A DNA stretch of 58,138 bases from an uncultured bacterium (GCA_965373035.1 CBDVEP010000003.1:1-58138); one strand, 5' to 3'. Counted from the stretch's first letter, positions 29,233-39,743 are shown. Translations and numbers: made by a program. The notes: generated by a model not told the origin, from the letters alone.

Positions 29233-30537
29233 TCACTCTACATTAATAACTGCCACAGCGTAATTCTCCGGTGTGAAATACTCTTTGACAGTTTCCATTA
29301 ATTCATCTTGGGTAACAGAATTGAGCTTTTCAAGTAATTCTTGACTTTTAATGCCTAATTGTTTCCGCATACCTAAAGTAAAAGCAACACCGTATATATT
29401 ATTCACAAGTATCTGGTCAGGATATTTCTGCAAACCTAACATATAGCCAAAGATTTGTTTCGTATTATTAATATCCTTCCTCTTCAATTTGTCGGAAGTT
29501 GTTGCAGAGACATAACTCCTGAGCTTATCGAGTATAGTCTCAACCTTTTCTCCTTTAGGAATCGGAAGATGTAAGGTCACGACCTCTGGTCTGTCCATGA
29601 GAGCAAAACCAACAGGAAAAAACTTTTGAGGAGGATTGAGCTTGAAAGAACTTGATTGAAGACGAGCAACGAGAACAAGGAAAGCCGGAAATAATTTATC
29701 TAATGGATTCGGGGTTCTGAACGCCAAGGCAACATGAGATTGAGCTTGAGGGAAACGAGGAGAGGCCTTCTTGCTCTTTGTTATAATTGTGGGTAACTTT
29801 TGAGACAAAGGAACGGCTTCTATGTCTTTTCCACTTTCAATCCCTGAAAACGTTTTGTTAATTGCTTTTTTCATTTGTTTGGGATCTATGGCGCCTGCAA
29901 TAATAATCATAGCATTTTTTGGTTTATAGAATGTCTGAATACGTTTTTGTATGTGCTTAACATCAATTGATCTTATTTGATTAATCATTCCTCCCCTGCG
30001 AGTGTTCGGATGATGAGCAACAACCATGTCTGAGGCCAGGTTTTGTGCTGCCAGAGCAGGAATACCGCCATACATATTCGAAAGTTCATTTTCAATTCTT
30101 GGAATTTCGCGATTAAGATCACTGTCTTTAATATCAAGCTTACTCATTCGAACAGCAACATCTTTAAGCTCTGATTCTATACGCTTTTTCGGAAACACTG
30201 TAGCAATAATTGTATAATTTTTACCTGTTTGTGCATTCCAACCATCCGGATATTGTGATATGAATGTTTGAATATTCCGGGATTCAGTATTCCCCGCTGC
30301 TGCAGATATATATAAGTGTTCAATCAGGTGCGCCATACCGGATTTTCCTACAGGATCATGATCTTCACCAATTGAATAGATAGTTACAATTACTATCGAT
30401 TTTGCTCCGCTCACAGGACGCAATATCACAGATAAACCATTTTCCAGTTGGTAATGCTCTTCACGAGAAGAGATTTGTTTAGAGGAACAGCTTGTCGCTG
30501 TCACTAATACTAAAAGTAATACAATAACTTGCTTCAT
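29233..30537 (-). CDS. M16 (insulinase/pitrilysin-like) zinc peptidase lipoprotein
   Basis: HLIEH inverted zinc motif; LENGLSV, NAQT and FYKPKNA motifs; lipobox ATSC. Confidence 0.88.
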   Translation of the reverse strand: MKQVIVLLLVLVTATSCSSKQISSREEHYQLENGLSVILRPVSGAKSIVIVTIYSIGEDHDPVGKSGMAHLIEHLYISAAAGNTESRNIQTFISQYPDGWNAQTGKNYTIIATVFPKKRIESELKDVAVRMSKLDIKDSDLNREIPRIENELSNMYGGIPALAAQNLASDMVVAHHPNTRRGGMINQIRSIDVKHIQKRIQTFYKPKNAMIIIAGAIDPKQMKKAINKTFSGIESGKDIEAVPLSQKLPTIITKSKKASPRFPQAQSHVALAFRTPNPLDKLFPAFLVLVARLQSSSFKLNPPQKFFPVGFALMDRPEVVTLHLPIPKGEKVETILDKLRSYVSATTSDKLKRKDINNTKQIFGYMLGLQKYPDQILVNNIYGVAFTLGMRKQLGIKSQELLEKLNSVTQDELMETVKEYFTPENYAVAVINVE

Positions 30538-30651
30538 TCTGTTTTCCTTTGTAATAATTTAGGTTTTCTAAAAACCTATTAAAATAATACTATTTTTTAT
30601 TAAAAAGTCAAAAAAACTGGACTCTGTAATTTAAAAAAGGTAGAAGTATAA

Positions 30652-30768
30652 AGGTACCTGGTCTTTACTTTTTACTTTACAAAAAATCAAAAAATATAAT
30701 ATAAAATTATGGTCAGGCAACTGCGTATAGAATATACCAAAGGAGTTACAGCATTATTTTTTCTATAA
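30652..30768 (+). pseudogene. REP-like arm followed by the N-terminal stub of a RAYT/Y1 tyrosine transposase
   Basis: ggtacctggtctttactttttacttt (resembles 4372), then TATAAT, then ATG at 30709 giving MVRQLRIEY, compared with the typical RAYT start MARxLRIEY. Confidence 0.6.
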
Positions 30769-31069
30769 CCGTTTTTTTCCTAAAAAATAGGTGAACCTTT
30801 TTCAATACATTTTTCTAACTCTTTTTCAGATATTTCCACACCATAAGGAATAATATTTTATTTTTTTTAAAAATTCCAGCAAAGTTTTATCTTTTACATT
30901 ACATTATTAATAACATTTTTATAAAAACATTACTTTCAATTAAAAATTAAAAATTCAGGTAATAAAAAATAGAAAAGGAAATAAATATAGTTATATTAAA
31001 AACAAATCTAAAAAAAACAATAGAAGGATTTTATAAATTATTAATTACTCGGGTAAAACAGGAGGGATT

Positions 31070-33274
31070 ATGAGAACACAAATTATTCTAGTCATTTTAA
31101 GTTTATTACACTGTAATATAAGTTTTGCAGATTATAAGCATTTCAGTAAAAAAGATTTACATGTTGGTTTACTTGGAGCATACCGTAATGTACAAATTAT
31201 CCCCGGACGTATTCCATCCACCATGAGTGTAGCTAATAATGGGAAACAAATCGTATTTACTGATTTTGATATTAAAATGAAAAGCCATTTATATCTATAC
31301 AATATAGAAACAAAAAAGACTAAAAAAATAAAAGCCAATAATGCTTTTATTCATAGTCCTATTTTATTAGGGGGGATGAAGGGATACGCTAAAAAAATAC
31401 TTGTACGGATAGGTTCTTCCAGTAAAAAAGTAAAAAACAACGTACCCATAGGTATATATAGTGGTAATTTAAATACACTTACACCTAAATGGAAAATATG
31501 GAAAGCTGGAAACTATGATGATTTAGCTATTAATTATAAAGAATCATTTATAACAATGACTTTAACTATTAATGAACGTGATGCAATTCGGGAATTATGG
31601 GTACAAAAAATTAAAAATAGCAAACCAATGGGTAAAGCATATCGTGTTGCTAAAAATATATCAGGTGTTATTTCAAATCCAATCTTTTCCCGTGATTCAA
31701 AACGAATATACTTTGATTTATGGGGATCTCCCACTAAAAATTACAGCAAAGGGTTATACGTTACAGAGAACAAAGCCAATTCTCAAGGAGAGTTAGTTAA
31801 TTCTGGAATCTCTGATGCTACAATAGTCTGGAATTATTTAACCTATGATTTTAATAATAAAGATATATTGTATGTAACCAAACGACCTTCTGATGGGAAT
31901 TTATATGAATATAATGTCCAAACCAAAAAACTTAAAAAATATATAAGGGGAAACAGAAATATAAAATGCAGAACACCTAAAATGAATCCATCGAATGGAA
32001 TCATATATTTTGTTGCCAGTAAACATACAGATTACGCGGGTGTTATAAGAAATGGTATTACATATAAGGAGAATAGAGAAGAAGAAAAACCTATTCAAGT
32101 ATCAAACAATCAGCCAAAACATACCCCATCACCTGTTATTACTACACCAGAAAAAGCTTTGAATAATGATGTTGTTTCTGTATTTTATTATAAAAACACA
32201 AGAGGAAAAAAATCATTTGATTGGTTAAGTAAAGGAATTACTGATATGCTTATTACTGAACTTTCAAAATCATATCAAATTCAAGTCGTTGAAAGAGAAA
32301 ATCTTCAAAAAATACTTAAAGAACAGGAATTGTCTTTAACAGGATTGATGGACCAGAATAAAAAAGTTGAAATAGGTCAATTATTAAATGCTAATCAATT
32401 AATATACGGTAGTTTTATTATTTTAAATAATAAGATTCGAATAGATACGAAACTTGTATCAGTAAAAACAGGAAAAATATTAAAGACATGGAGTGTTGAA
32501 GGTTTAATAAATAATATCTTTAATTTAGAAAAGAGATTAGCTAAAAAAGTATTTTCCTTCTTTAATGTTAAAGAACCTGATACACTGGATTACAATGAAA
32601 CTAAATCAATTAATGCCATTCAGACTTATTATGAGGGTATTACTCTATTGGATGATGGTAAAGTGGAGAAGGCTTTAAATAAATTTCTAAGGTCTCAGGA
32701 ATATGATCCTCTATATTCCCGTCCCCATTCAGAGATAGAAAAAGCATATAAATTTTTAAAAAATTTCAAAAAGATAAGGAAACATAGAGAAATAAAAAAA
32801 TTATATAATAAATTAAATTTATTTAAAATGAGATTAAACACTAAAAAATGGAAAACATATGCTGATATTTTAAAAGAACATAACATGGCTAAAATGTCGT
32901 CAGATGAAATAAAAAAATTTAATAAAAAACACTATGCTTACATACTATGTCAAACACCGATACAATGTTCCTGGCATATTATGTTAACACTACAGGAAAT
33001 TGCTGATAAAACAGAAGAATATTATAATGATGTAAAAATAAAAAATAAATTATATAAAGAATCATTAAAAGTTGCCAAAAAAGCAAAACAAAAATATGAA
33101 AATGATCCATTTATATCGGAAATATGCTATATGGAAATATATATATTCTACATATTAAAGGATTATAAAAAAGTGAAGGATTATGCTGAAAAATTTATGA
33201 CCAAGTATCCTGATTATCGTATGATTACTGCTGTAGAAGACAGATATGAAGATGCATTAAAAAAATTGAAATAA
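31070..33274 (+). CDS. Secreted protein: TolB-like beta-propeller + CsgG/TolB_N-like domain + TPR
   Basis: Signal peptide; NPIFSRDSKRIYF propeller blades; DWLSKGITDMLITEL, VVERENLQKILKEQEL and IGQLLNA; C-terminal TPR-like helices. Confidence 0.7.
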   Translation: MRTQIILVILSLLHCNISFADYKHFSKKDLHVGLLGAYRNVQIIPGRIPSTMSVANNGKQIVFTDFDIKMKSHLYLYNIETKKTKKIKANNAFIHSPILLGGMKGYAKKILVRIGSSSKKVKNNVPIGIYSGNLNTLTPKWKIWKAGNYDDLAINYKESFITMTLTINERDAIRELWVQKIKNSKPMGKAYRVAKNISGVISNPIFSRDSKRIYFDLWGSPTKNYSKGLYVTENKANSQGELVNSGISDATIVWNYLTYDFNNKDILYVTKRPSDGNLYEYNVQTKKLKKYIRGNRNIKCRTPKMNPSNGIIYFVASKHTDYAGVIRNGITYKENREEEKPIQVSNNQPKHTPSPVITTPEKALNNDVVSVFYYKNTRGKKSFDWLSKGITDMLITELSKSYQIQVVERENLQKILKEQELSLTGLMDQNKKVEIGQLLNANQLIYGSFIILNNKIRIDTKLVSVKTGKILKTWSVEGLINNIFNLEKRLAKKVFSFFNVKEPDTLDYNETKSINAIQTYYEGITLLDDGKVEKALNKFLRSQEYDPLYSRPHSEIEKAYKFLKNFKKIRKHREIKKLYNKLNLFKMRLNTKKWKTYADILKEHNMAKMSSDEIKKFNKKHYAYILCQTPIQCSWHIMLTLQEIADKTEEYYNDVKIKNKLYKESLKVAKKAKQKYENDPFISEICYMEIYIFYILKDYKKVKDYAEKFMTKYPDYRMITAVEDRYEDALKKLK

Positions 33275-33307
33275 ATAAACCTGATTAATATATAAATTGA
33301 GACTGAC

Positions 33308-33515
33308 TTTGTTTTCTTAAGTTCTTAAGTCAAGAACGTCCAGGTTTACTTTCTCAACGTCCCCTTACCCCATTTTGTTTCACTTTTATTAATAATTGGA
33401 TGAGACAAAATTTTTTTTGTATATTTTTGGTAATTTTAATTCTCGTTAGGCGGTAAGAATAATTGTCGCTCATCACTAAATATTAATACCACTAAAAGGT
33501 CAACTAAAGTCACAA
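33308..33515. repeat. 208-bp direct repeat, copy B
   Basis: Matches 39383-39590 with one mismatch seen. Confidence 0.92.
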
Positions 33516-33578
33516 AAGGTATAAGTTTTCAACATTTGACAATATTTAAATCAATATGCTCATATGTCAAATGTCAAG

Positions 33579-35245
33579 CAGGCTGTCGCTAAATTAAATA
33601 ACAATTGAAATTAAATAAAATTTGGTTATATTTTCTACATAAGTTAATAAATGGGAGGGATTATGGCCAGAAATTTTGATGAAACCAATGATTCCAGTGA
33701 CGGCGCCTTTATTGAAGTACGGTTTAAGGATATACTTTCCCCTGAACATCCGGCACATTATATAAAACAGTTTATAAAAGGAATAGATGTCAGCCCTTTC
33801 GAAACAAAATACAAGGTTGGGCCGGGACAAAAAGGTCGTGCTCCAAAAGGCATAACAACAATGCTGGGAGTAATTTTATATGCAATATTTAGCAGAATAT
33901 ATTCAGCCCGTCATATAGATTATGCAACATATAATTATTCAGATTTCTGGATATTTACACATAAGAAGAGAATTAGTCATGATAAAATAAGCGATTTTAT
34001 AAATATGCATAAAGAAGATTTGAAATTAATTTTCAGCGAAACCATAGCCTTAGCAGAAAAAAATAAGCTGTTAAGTTTTGAAGTATTATATCAGGATGGA
34101 TTTCATGTTAAAGCAAATGCATCAAAGAAACGAAACAGAACAAAGAAGAAATTAAAAATAAAGAAAAAAAAGATAGAAGCAAGAGTGGAAGAAATATTAA
34201 ACGAACTTCAGGAAAGCAGTAAAGAGGACGAATCCATATCAAAAGAGAAAATCAAATTAGAAAAGGATCTGAGAAAAATCAGACAATTAGAAGAGGAACT
34301 AAATCAGAAGATAAAAACACGAGGGTTTACACGGTTACCTAAGGAACAACAAAAGTTAGAAGAAAACTTACAAATTAATAGTACGGACAAGGATGCAGAA
34401 TTAACAAAGATGAAAAAGGGAGGCTATGAGAATGCCTATACAAAAATAAATGCAGTAGACGGAAAGGCAGATATTGTAGTAGCTTCGGATGTTGATGGCC
34501 ATTATGATGAAAGCCATAAAACAAGAAAATTAGCGAAGGAAGCAAATAAAAATGTCAATGGAATGGGGGAATATAAAAAGGTCTGTGCAGATTCAAATTT
34601 TAATACTTTGGGAAGCTGTATGGGTTTAGAGGTGGAAGGAATAAAACTGATTTCTCCGACGAAGCAGCATGAAAGTGAACGAAAAAATCCCGAAAAGAAC
34701 AAAAATAAAATAAAGTTTGAATATAAGAAAAAGGGAAATTGTGTTGTTTGTTCAGAGGGAAACAAGTTAGTATTTCAAAGTCAAAGTGCAAAGGTGCGAT
34801 TTGGAAACAGGATAATAAAATTCAGCAATAAAGAAGGATGTAAATACTGCAAACGAAAAGGAGAATGCACGAAGCAGGATTATAAAGAGTATAGTATGGA
34901 TGCCCGCTCTCCTCTTCAGCAGAGAGCTTATAACCGATATAAAAGTAAAGAAGGGCAAAAGTTGTATAAAAAACGAATGCATATAGCTGAAGTATTTCAG
35001 GGGGATCTGAAAATGAATGGAAATTTTAATCAATTATTAAGGCGTGGAATAGAAAAGGCGAAAACAGATTTAATGCTGCATGATATAATATGGAATTTAA
35101 GACGGATTATCAATGCAACAAGAGGAAAAATCATTTGGTCAACCTGAACATAAGAAGGGAATAGATGAATCTGTTTCAATGTAAATGAAATTAACTATAT
35201 TTTAACAACAGGGAGTGGTTATATTTTTAATTTAGCGACAGCCTG
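33579..35245 (+). mobile_element. IS1182-family insertion sequence
   Basis: Perfect 20-bp terminal inverted repeats caggctgtcgctaaattaaa / tttaatttagcgacagcctg; CAAG target duplication at 33575-78 and 35246-49. Confidence 0.92.
33651..35147 (+). CDS. DDE transposase, IS1182 family
   Basis: GRAP, YSARHI, QDGFHVKANASK, STDKDA, ADSNF, Cys cluster and YKKRMHIAEVFQG motifs. Confidence 0.88.
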   Translation: MGGIMARNFDETNDSSDGAFIEVRFKDILSPEHPAHYIKQFIKGIDVSPFETKYKVGPGQKGRAPKGITTMLGVILYAIFSRIYSARHIDYATYNYSDFWIFTHKKRISHDKISDFINMHKEDLKLIFSETIALAEKNKLLSFEVLYQDGFHVKANASKKRNRTKKKLKIKKKKIEARVEEILNELQESSKEDESISKEKIKLEKDLRKIRQLEEELNQKIKTRGFTRLPKEQQKLEENLQINSTDKDAELTKMKKGGYENAYTKINAVDGKADIVVASDVDGHYDESHKTRKLAKEANKNVNGMGEYKKVCADSNFNTLGSCMGLEVEGIKLISPTKQHESERKNPEKNKNKIKFEYKKKGNCVVCSEGNKLVFQSQSAKVRFGNRIIKFSNKEGCKYCKRKGECTKQDYKEYSMDARSPLQQRAYNRYKSKEGQKLYKKRMHIAEVFQGDLKMNGNFNQLLRRGIEKAKTDLMLHDIIWNLRRIINATRGKIIWST

Positions 35246-35263
35246 CAAGAACCGATACCTTTT

Positions 35264-35782
35264 TACAGCGCTGCTGAAAAACCCGGTTTCATCTGGCAAG
35301 GCAAAACTGCAATGTTTACTGCTCGTGATACATATATTGTAGGCAAAGGACGACTAACTGTTTTGCTTTTTTCATTATTCAAAATTGTAAATAGTCAAGG
35401 TGAGAAAACCGATCAGGGAGAAGTGTTTCGCTGGATCGGTGAAAGCGTCTGGTTCCCGACAAATCTTTTACCTTCTGAAAATCTGCAATGGTCACCGATC
35501 GACTCTTCATCAACAAAATTAACTTTCAATCATAAAGACATTTCAGTTTCATACATTGTGAATTTTAATGATAGAAACGAGATAACGCAGATGGAAACAA
35601 AAAGATATATGGGTGAAGATGATTTGGAAAACTGGGTTGGAGAATTCAGGAATTACAAAGAGATAAACAGCGTGATTATTCCAACAGAAATTAAAGCGAT
35701 TTGGAAATTAAAAACAGGAGATTATAGTTATGCTCGATTCAATATCAAAAAGATCGAGTATGATAAGCCTGTGAGATTTTGA
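35264..35782 (+). pseudogene. 5'-truncated DUF6544-like protein
   Basis: Frame is open from the REP arm: YSAAEKPGFIWQG...ARDTY...DQGEVFRWIGESVWFPT. Confidence 0.7.
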
Positions 35783-35813
35783 TTAAATGGGGGAAGAGGA
35801 ATGAATATTAACA

Positions 35814-36080
35814 TCAAGAAATTTCACACCGGGTGAAAAGGGGCACTGTTATATTAACGGAGGATACAGGGACAATAAAAAATACTGCTTTCAGCAGTAC
35901 GAACCATGGACCGGCATGGAATACAGCTTTGCCCTGCATCTCTATCTTATGGGCCTGAAGAAAAAAACTTTCAAGGTCATCCGGGATGTTCATAAAAGGA
36001 AAGCAAGATGCGGAATGGTCTGGAACCACATTGAGTGCGGTGGCGATTATTTCCGTCATATGGTCATCGGGACCCTCTAG
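35814..36080 (+). pseudogene. C-terminal fragment of a GH116-like glycoside hydrolase
   Basis: Translates QYEPWTGMEYSFA...WNHIECGGDYFRHM; visibly higher GC than the flanks. Confidence 0.7.
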
Positions 36081-36098
36081 TACCTTGTTAAATAATTA

Positions 36099-37791
36099 CA
36101 TTTCCGCATACTAATAAATTAAAAAACCCCTAACTTCTTTTTGTATATAATCATATAGGGAAGTCCCCTATGGATTATATGCAAGATGGAATTAAAACAG
36201 TACAAATTCTACAGACCGCGTCACCCTCAAACAACAGCTTCTTACCGGATATTCTATCATCATTACGATGAATTCCAGAATGCATATGATGAAAAATATC
36301 TCTCAAAATACGGTCCGCTCAGACCAATTGTTGATGAAACAGTTGAAAAATACCTGAAATGCGGGATACCGAAATATGGTTTTGCCAGAATTAAATGCAC
36401 ACAATGCGGGAAAGAGTATCTCCTGTCTTTCTCCTGTAAAAGCCGTCTTTGCTCTTCCTGCATGACAAAATCTATGCTTCAGTTTCAAAACTATATTATA
36501 GAAGATATCATTCTTAAAGGCCCTCATAGACATATGGTTTTCTGCCTGCCGAAAATACTAAGAGGCGGATTTATAAGAAACCGTGAATTTCTTAATGACC
36601 TGTCCCGGATCGTCTGGAGGACTTTGAAAGAATTCATGCGGCAGACCCTTCAGAAAGAAGGTGTACCGGGCAGTATTCAAATTATACAGACGCATGGAAA
36701 TCTGCTTAACCTGAATCCGCATATCCATACAATTACATCAGACGGTATATTTACTTCTAAAGGTATGTTTTACTGTATGCCAGCTTATTCTGATAAAGCC
36801 AGAAAGTATCTGCAGATGTTATTTGAGAAAAAGGTATGTCGCTTTGTCCTGGAAAACAATCTTGCCACTGCTGAGAATATCAATCGTATATTAAAACAGG
36901 AGCATACTGGATTCAGTGTGTATATTGATACGAGGATTAATTTCACAAAATATCATCCTGAACAGGAAAGTAGAGTATCTCATATACTGCGGTATATCAG
37001 CAAGTCATTTTATTCTCAGGAAAAGGTGGTATATACTCCGGGTTCAGACAAAGTATTATATAAGGGGGCATATCATAAAGGACTGAAGAGGAACTTTGGA
37101 TACTTCACTCATACGGATTTCATTGCTTCACTGACAGCGCATATACCGAACCGTTATCAGAAATACATCAATTACTACGGGTATTACAGTTCGAAGAACC
37201 GGGGGATGAGAAACAGGAAACAGGGAAATGATAAAGTAATTGCAATATCCATGGCAACTGAACAGCAGAGAGCATATAAAAAGAAATGGGCACAGCTCAT
37301 TCATCAGGTGTTTGAAGTAGACCCTCTGGAATGTCCAGCCTGTGGGGGCAGGATGAAGATTATCGCCTATATAGACCGGCAGGATGTAATAAAAAAGATA
37401 TTGAAACATCTCAACTTGTGGGAGGATGAATCGGGCAGGTCTCCGCCTGATAGGAAGAGAGAAATAATAAATGATATTGTTTATGAGCCATTTGATGACG
37501 GCTATTTGCTTAATTAAAAAAAATAGGGGAGAAGTATGGGTAAGCCATTTATGTATATAGGAAATTCCTAAATATATATTAGAAACACTGGTATAGGGAG
37601 AATAACAGCAGGAATGAAGCCATAATTTACCGGCAAGATAGATCGAGACCGTTGCAAAAATGTTAAGTGTAAATCACCTTCAAAAGATACTTTAGATAGA
37701 TCAAGTCGAGTTTAAAGATAAAAATCCATTGACAAACTGTCTGAAAAGGGTAGAATTATAAGAAAATGGGAAAAGGAGATTCCTATACATT
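36099..37791 (+). mobile_element. IS91/ISCR-like element; ori end at ~37788, ter end uncertain
   Basis: 3' end reads gaaaaggagattcctatacatt, resembling IS91-family oriIS (TTCCTATA). A hairpin precedes the ATG at ~36147-36179. Confidence 0.65.
36186..37517 (+). CDS. IS91-family rolling-circle (HUH) transposase
   Basis: Zn-binding C...CTQC...SCKSRLCSSC, HRHMVF, NPHIH HUH motif, RYISK, YYGYYS and CPACGGRM. Confidence 0.93.
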   Translation: MELKQYKFYRPRHPQTTASYRIFYHHYDEFQNAYDEKYLSKYGPLRPIVDETVEKYLKCGIPKYGFARIKCTQCGKEYLLSFSCKSRLCSSCMTKSMLQFQNYIIEDIILKGPHRHMVFCLPKILRGGFIRNREFLNDLSRIVWRTLKEFMRQTLQKEGVPGSIQIIQTHGNLLNLNPHIHTITSDGIFTSKGMFYCMPAYSDKARKYLQMLFEKKVCRFVLENNLATAENINRILKQEHTGFSVYIDTRINFTKYHPEQESRVSHILRYISKSFYSQEKVVYTPGSDKVLYKGAYHKGLKRNFGYFTHTDFIASLTAHIPNRYQKYINYYGYYSSKNRGMRNRKQGNDKVIAISMATEQQRAYKKKWAQLIHQVFEVDPLECPACGGRMKIIAYIDRQDVIKKILKHLNLWEDESGRSPPDRKREIINDIVYEPFDDGYLLN

Positions 37792-37934
37792 TCGAGAAAC
37801 ATCAGATAAATGGTATGATGTAGGTGGATGGGCTGAAACACTTACTAGATATGCTGGACACTTTTTTTTGGACATGATGCCTTATTTTATAGGTCGTAAT
37901 GTTCGTGGAGAAAATTAAATGAGGAGATGGTTAG

Positions 37935-38468
37935 ATGAAATATTTTAAATATATCATGCTTTTTATTACTGGAATTATTATTTCTTGCCATACAGGAGCA
38001 ACAAAAAAGATATATCATAAAGAAACTGAATTGTTTATAAAAAACTGGAATTTTAGTAGTCAGCCACTAAATCAATTTATGATCGATGGGGTTGTTATAT
38101 CTCCTTTTTTTAGACACTGGGGAAATAATGAGTACTCGATTCATTGCTCTGCGTATTGTAAAGAGAAATTTGACGCTTCTTTTTTAATTCACTCTGCAAA
38201 TGTTTTTTATTCTGATAGTAAAAAAGAAATTAATTTTTCCGAAAACATTAATAAATTATTAAAATTTAAAGAGCATTCTGACAACTTTTCTTTATTTTGG
38301 TGTGGATACACAATATTTGAAAAGAGAATGATAGTATTACCAAAATCAAATAGCCTTGTATTAAAAATTGATGTATCAATTATAAAAAATGATGTCCCTA
38401 AAAGGAAAATAATTGAGTATAATTTCAAATATACTGAGGATAAATATATCGTTGAATTATCTCAATAA
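37935..38468 (+). CDS. Hypothetical lipoprotein
   Basis: GAGGAG ribosome-binding site; lipobox-like IISC. Confidence 0.7.
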   Translation: MKYFKYIMLFITGIIISCHTGATKKIYHKETELFIKNWNFSSQPLNQFMIDGVVISPFFRHWGNNEYSIHCSAYCKEKFDASFLIHSANVFYSDSKKEINFSENINKLLKFKEHSDNFSLFWCGYTIFEKRMIVLPKSNSLVLKIDVSIIKNDVPKRKIIEYNFKYTEDKYIVELSQ

Positions 38469-38488
38469 CTCGTGAAAAAAAGGGAACA

Positions 38489-38528
38489 GGGCTAACTATT
38501 AAACTATATGGACCCAATGGCCACATCA
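38489..38528. repeat. 40-bp direct repeat, copy 1
   Basis: gggctaactattaaactatatggacccaatggccacatca; one mismatch to 39297-39336. Confidence 0.9.
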
Positions 38529-38703
38529 CTTCCGAATTTGCCTGGCAGCTATAAGCCAATTGTATAAACCGGGTAAGCAACCGGTGAAAGAAAAGGAGGA
38601 TTTGGTAAGGAAATTAAAAATGTTGAATAATGATTCTACGGCCCCTAAGACCTTTTCGTAGCGCAGTAAGAAAAAACTGTAATAAAGAAACGGACTAATG
38701 TAA

Positions 38704-38895
38704 CTATGGCGTGGAGTCCGGCTTTATATAGCCACCTTTTCTTTTTGAATATTTTAATGGCACCTTGGATATGTTGGATAGTTCAAGGGCAGACTTATGG
38801 GCATTTTCAACTAATTTATCAATTCTATAATTAGCATTTCTTGCCAAAATTTTCTGGGTCGCCCACTTTTCCTCTAATACTTTATCAGCATACAT
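38704..38895 (-). CDS. Small hypothetical protein, probable partner of the PIN toxin
   Basis: 63 aa, directly downstream of the PIN-domain gene. Confidence 0.5.
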   Translation of the reverse strand: MYADKVLEEKWATQKILARNANYRIDKLVENAHKSALELSNISKVPLKYSKRKGGYIKPDSTP

Positions 38896-38898
38896 GAA

Positions 38899-39232
38899 TT
38901 ACTCCTTTTTATCAGTCTCGGAAAATAGTTCCAAAGGTGTTATTATTTCCGGAATCATGAGATTTAATCCGGTGTTAATTGTTCGGATATGCTGCTTCTT
39001 ATTGGCATTGGCAAGATGATTGCAGTTCCAGGTTAAAAGGAAGTCAATTTTATAATAAGAAGCAAAAGCCAGATGTAATGCATCTCCTTCAAAATCCCTG
39101 GGCATCAAAAAGTTTTGGATATAAATATCAGCAATTTTAATGATTTCTTCATTATTCGGAAGTATTTCAAATTGAAGTGAGAACTCAATCACTTTTTCTT
39201 TGTTAGGATAATTTCCGGCTTTTAACTCATTG
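38899..39232 (-). pseudogene. 5'-truncated PIN-domain (VapC-like) toxin
   Basis: DALHLAFA and DFLLTWNCNHLAN motifs. The frame extends to ELKAGNYP but the N-terminal acidic motif is missing. Confidence 0.75.
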
Positions 39233-39296
39233 TTAAAGGCTAATACAATAATTGTTTGTTGTCAAATATTTTGAGGAAAAAGGGGCCATTATTATT

Positions 39297-39336
39297 GGGC
39301 TAACTATTTAACTATATGGACCCAATGGCCACATCA
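39297..39336. repeat. 40-bp direct repeat, copy 2
   Basis: See 38489-38528. Confidence 0.9.
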
Positions 39337-39346
39337 ACCGGAACTA

Positions 39347-39376
39347 GGAGGCTGAGCATTTAGTTGCTCAGCCTCC
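39347..39376. terminator. GC-rich hairpin, possible terminator
   Basis: ggaggctgagca-tttagt-tgctcagcctcc, perfect 12-bp stem. Confidence 0.45.
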
Positions 39377-39382
39377 AGAGCA

Positions 39383-39590
39383 TTTGTTTTCTTAAGTTTT
39401 TAAGTCAAGAACGTCCAGGTTTACTTTCTCAACGTCCCCTTACCCCATTTTGTTTCACTTTTATTAATAATTGGATGAGACAAAATTTTTTTTGTATATT
39501 TTTGGTAATTTTAATTCTCGTTAGGCGGTAAGAATAATTGTCGCTCATCACTAAATATTAATACCACTAAAAGGTCAACTAAAGTCACAA
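39383..39590. repeat. 208-bp direct repeat, copy C (downstream palindrome internally deleted)
   Basis: Matches 33308-33515, then continues tttgataccttttt. Confidence 0.92.
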
Positions 39591-39642
39591 TTTGATACCT
39601 TTTTTTTCCCTTTTTTTTCTTTTTTTCTACAGTTGGAAATTA

Positions 39643-39720
39643 ATAAATCTATTGACAAACTGATTAAAAACGGCAAAATTATAAGATAAGATAATGGGAA
39701 AAAGTATTTTCCTATACATT
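39643..39720 (+). mobile_element. Orphan IS91-type ori end with TTGACA promoter box
   Basis: attgacaaactg...aattataaga...aatgggaaaa...ttcctatacatt aligns to 37719-37791. Confidence 0.7.
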
Positions 39721-39743
39721 ATATAACAATCAAGGGGAGAAAA

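Noticed and set aside
33445-33451. GTTAGGC inside the 208-bp repeat as an attI or attC site
   Set aside because: No matching RYYYAAC or L boxes and no adjacent integrase; a 7-mer alone is insufficient.
35814-36059. 81-aa minus-strand ORF from the track
   Set aside because: It is the antisense shadow of the plus-strand GH116-like fragment.
26701-39590. Dispersed repeats as a CRISPR array
   Set aside because: Copies are 40-208 bp, kilobases apart, without regular spacers, and no cas genes are present.
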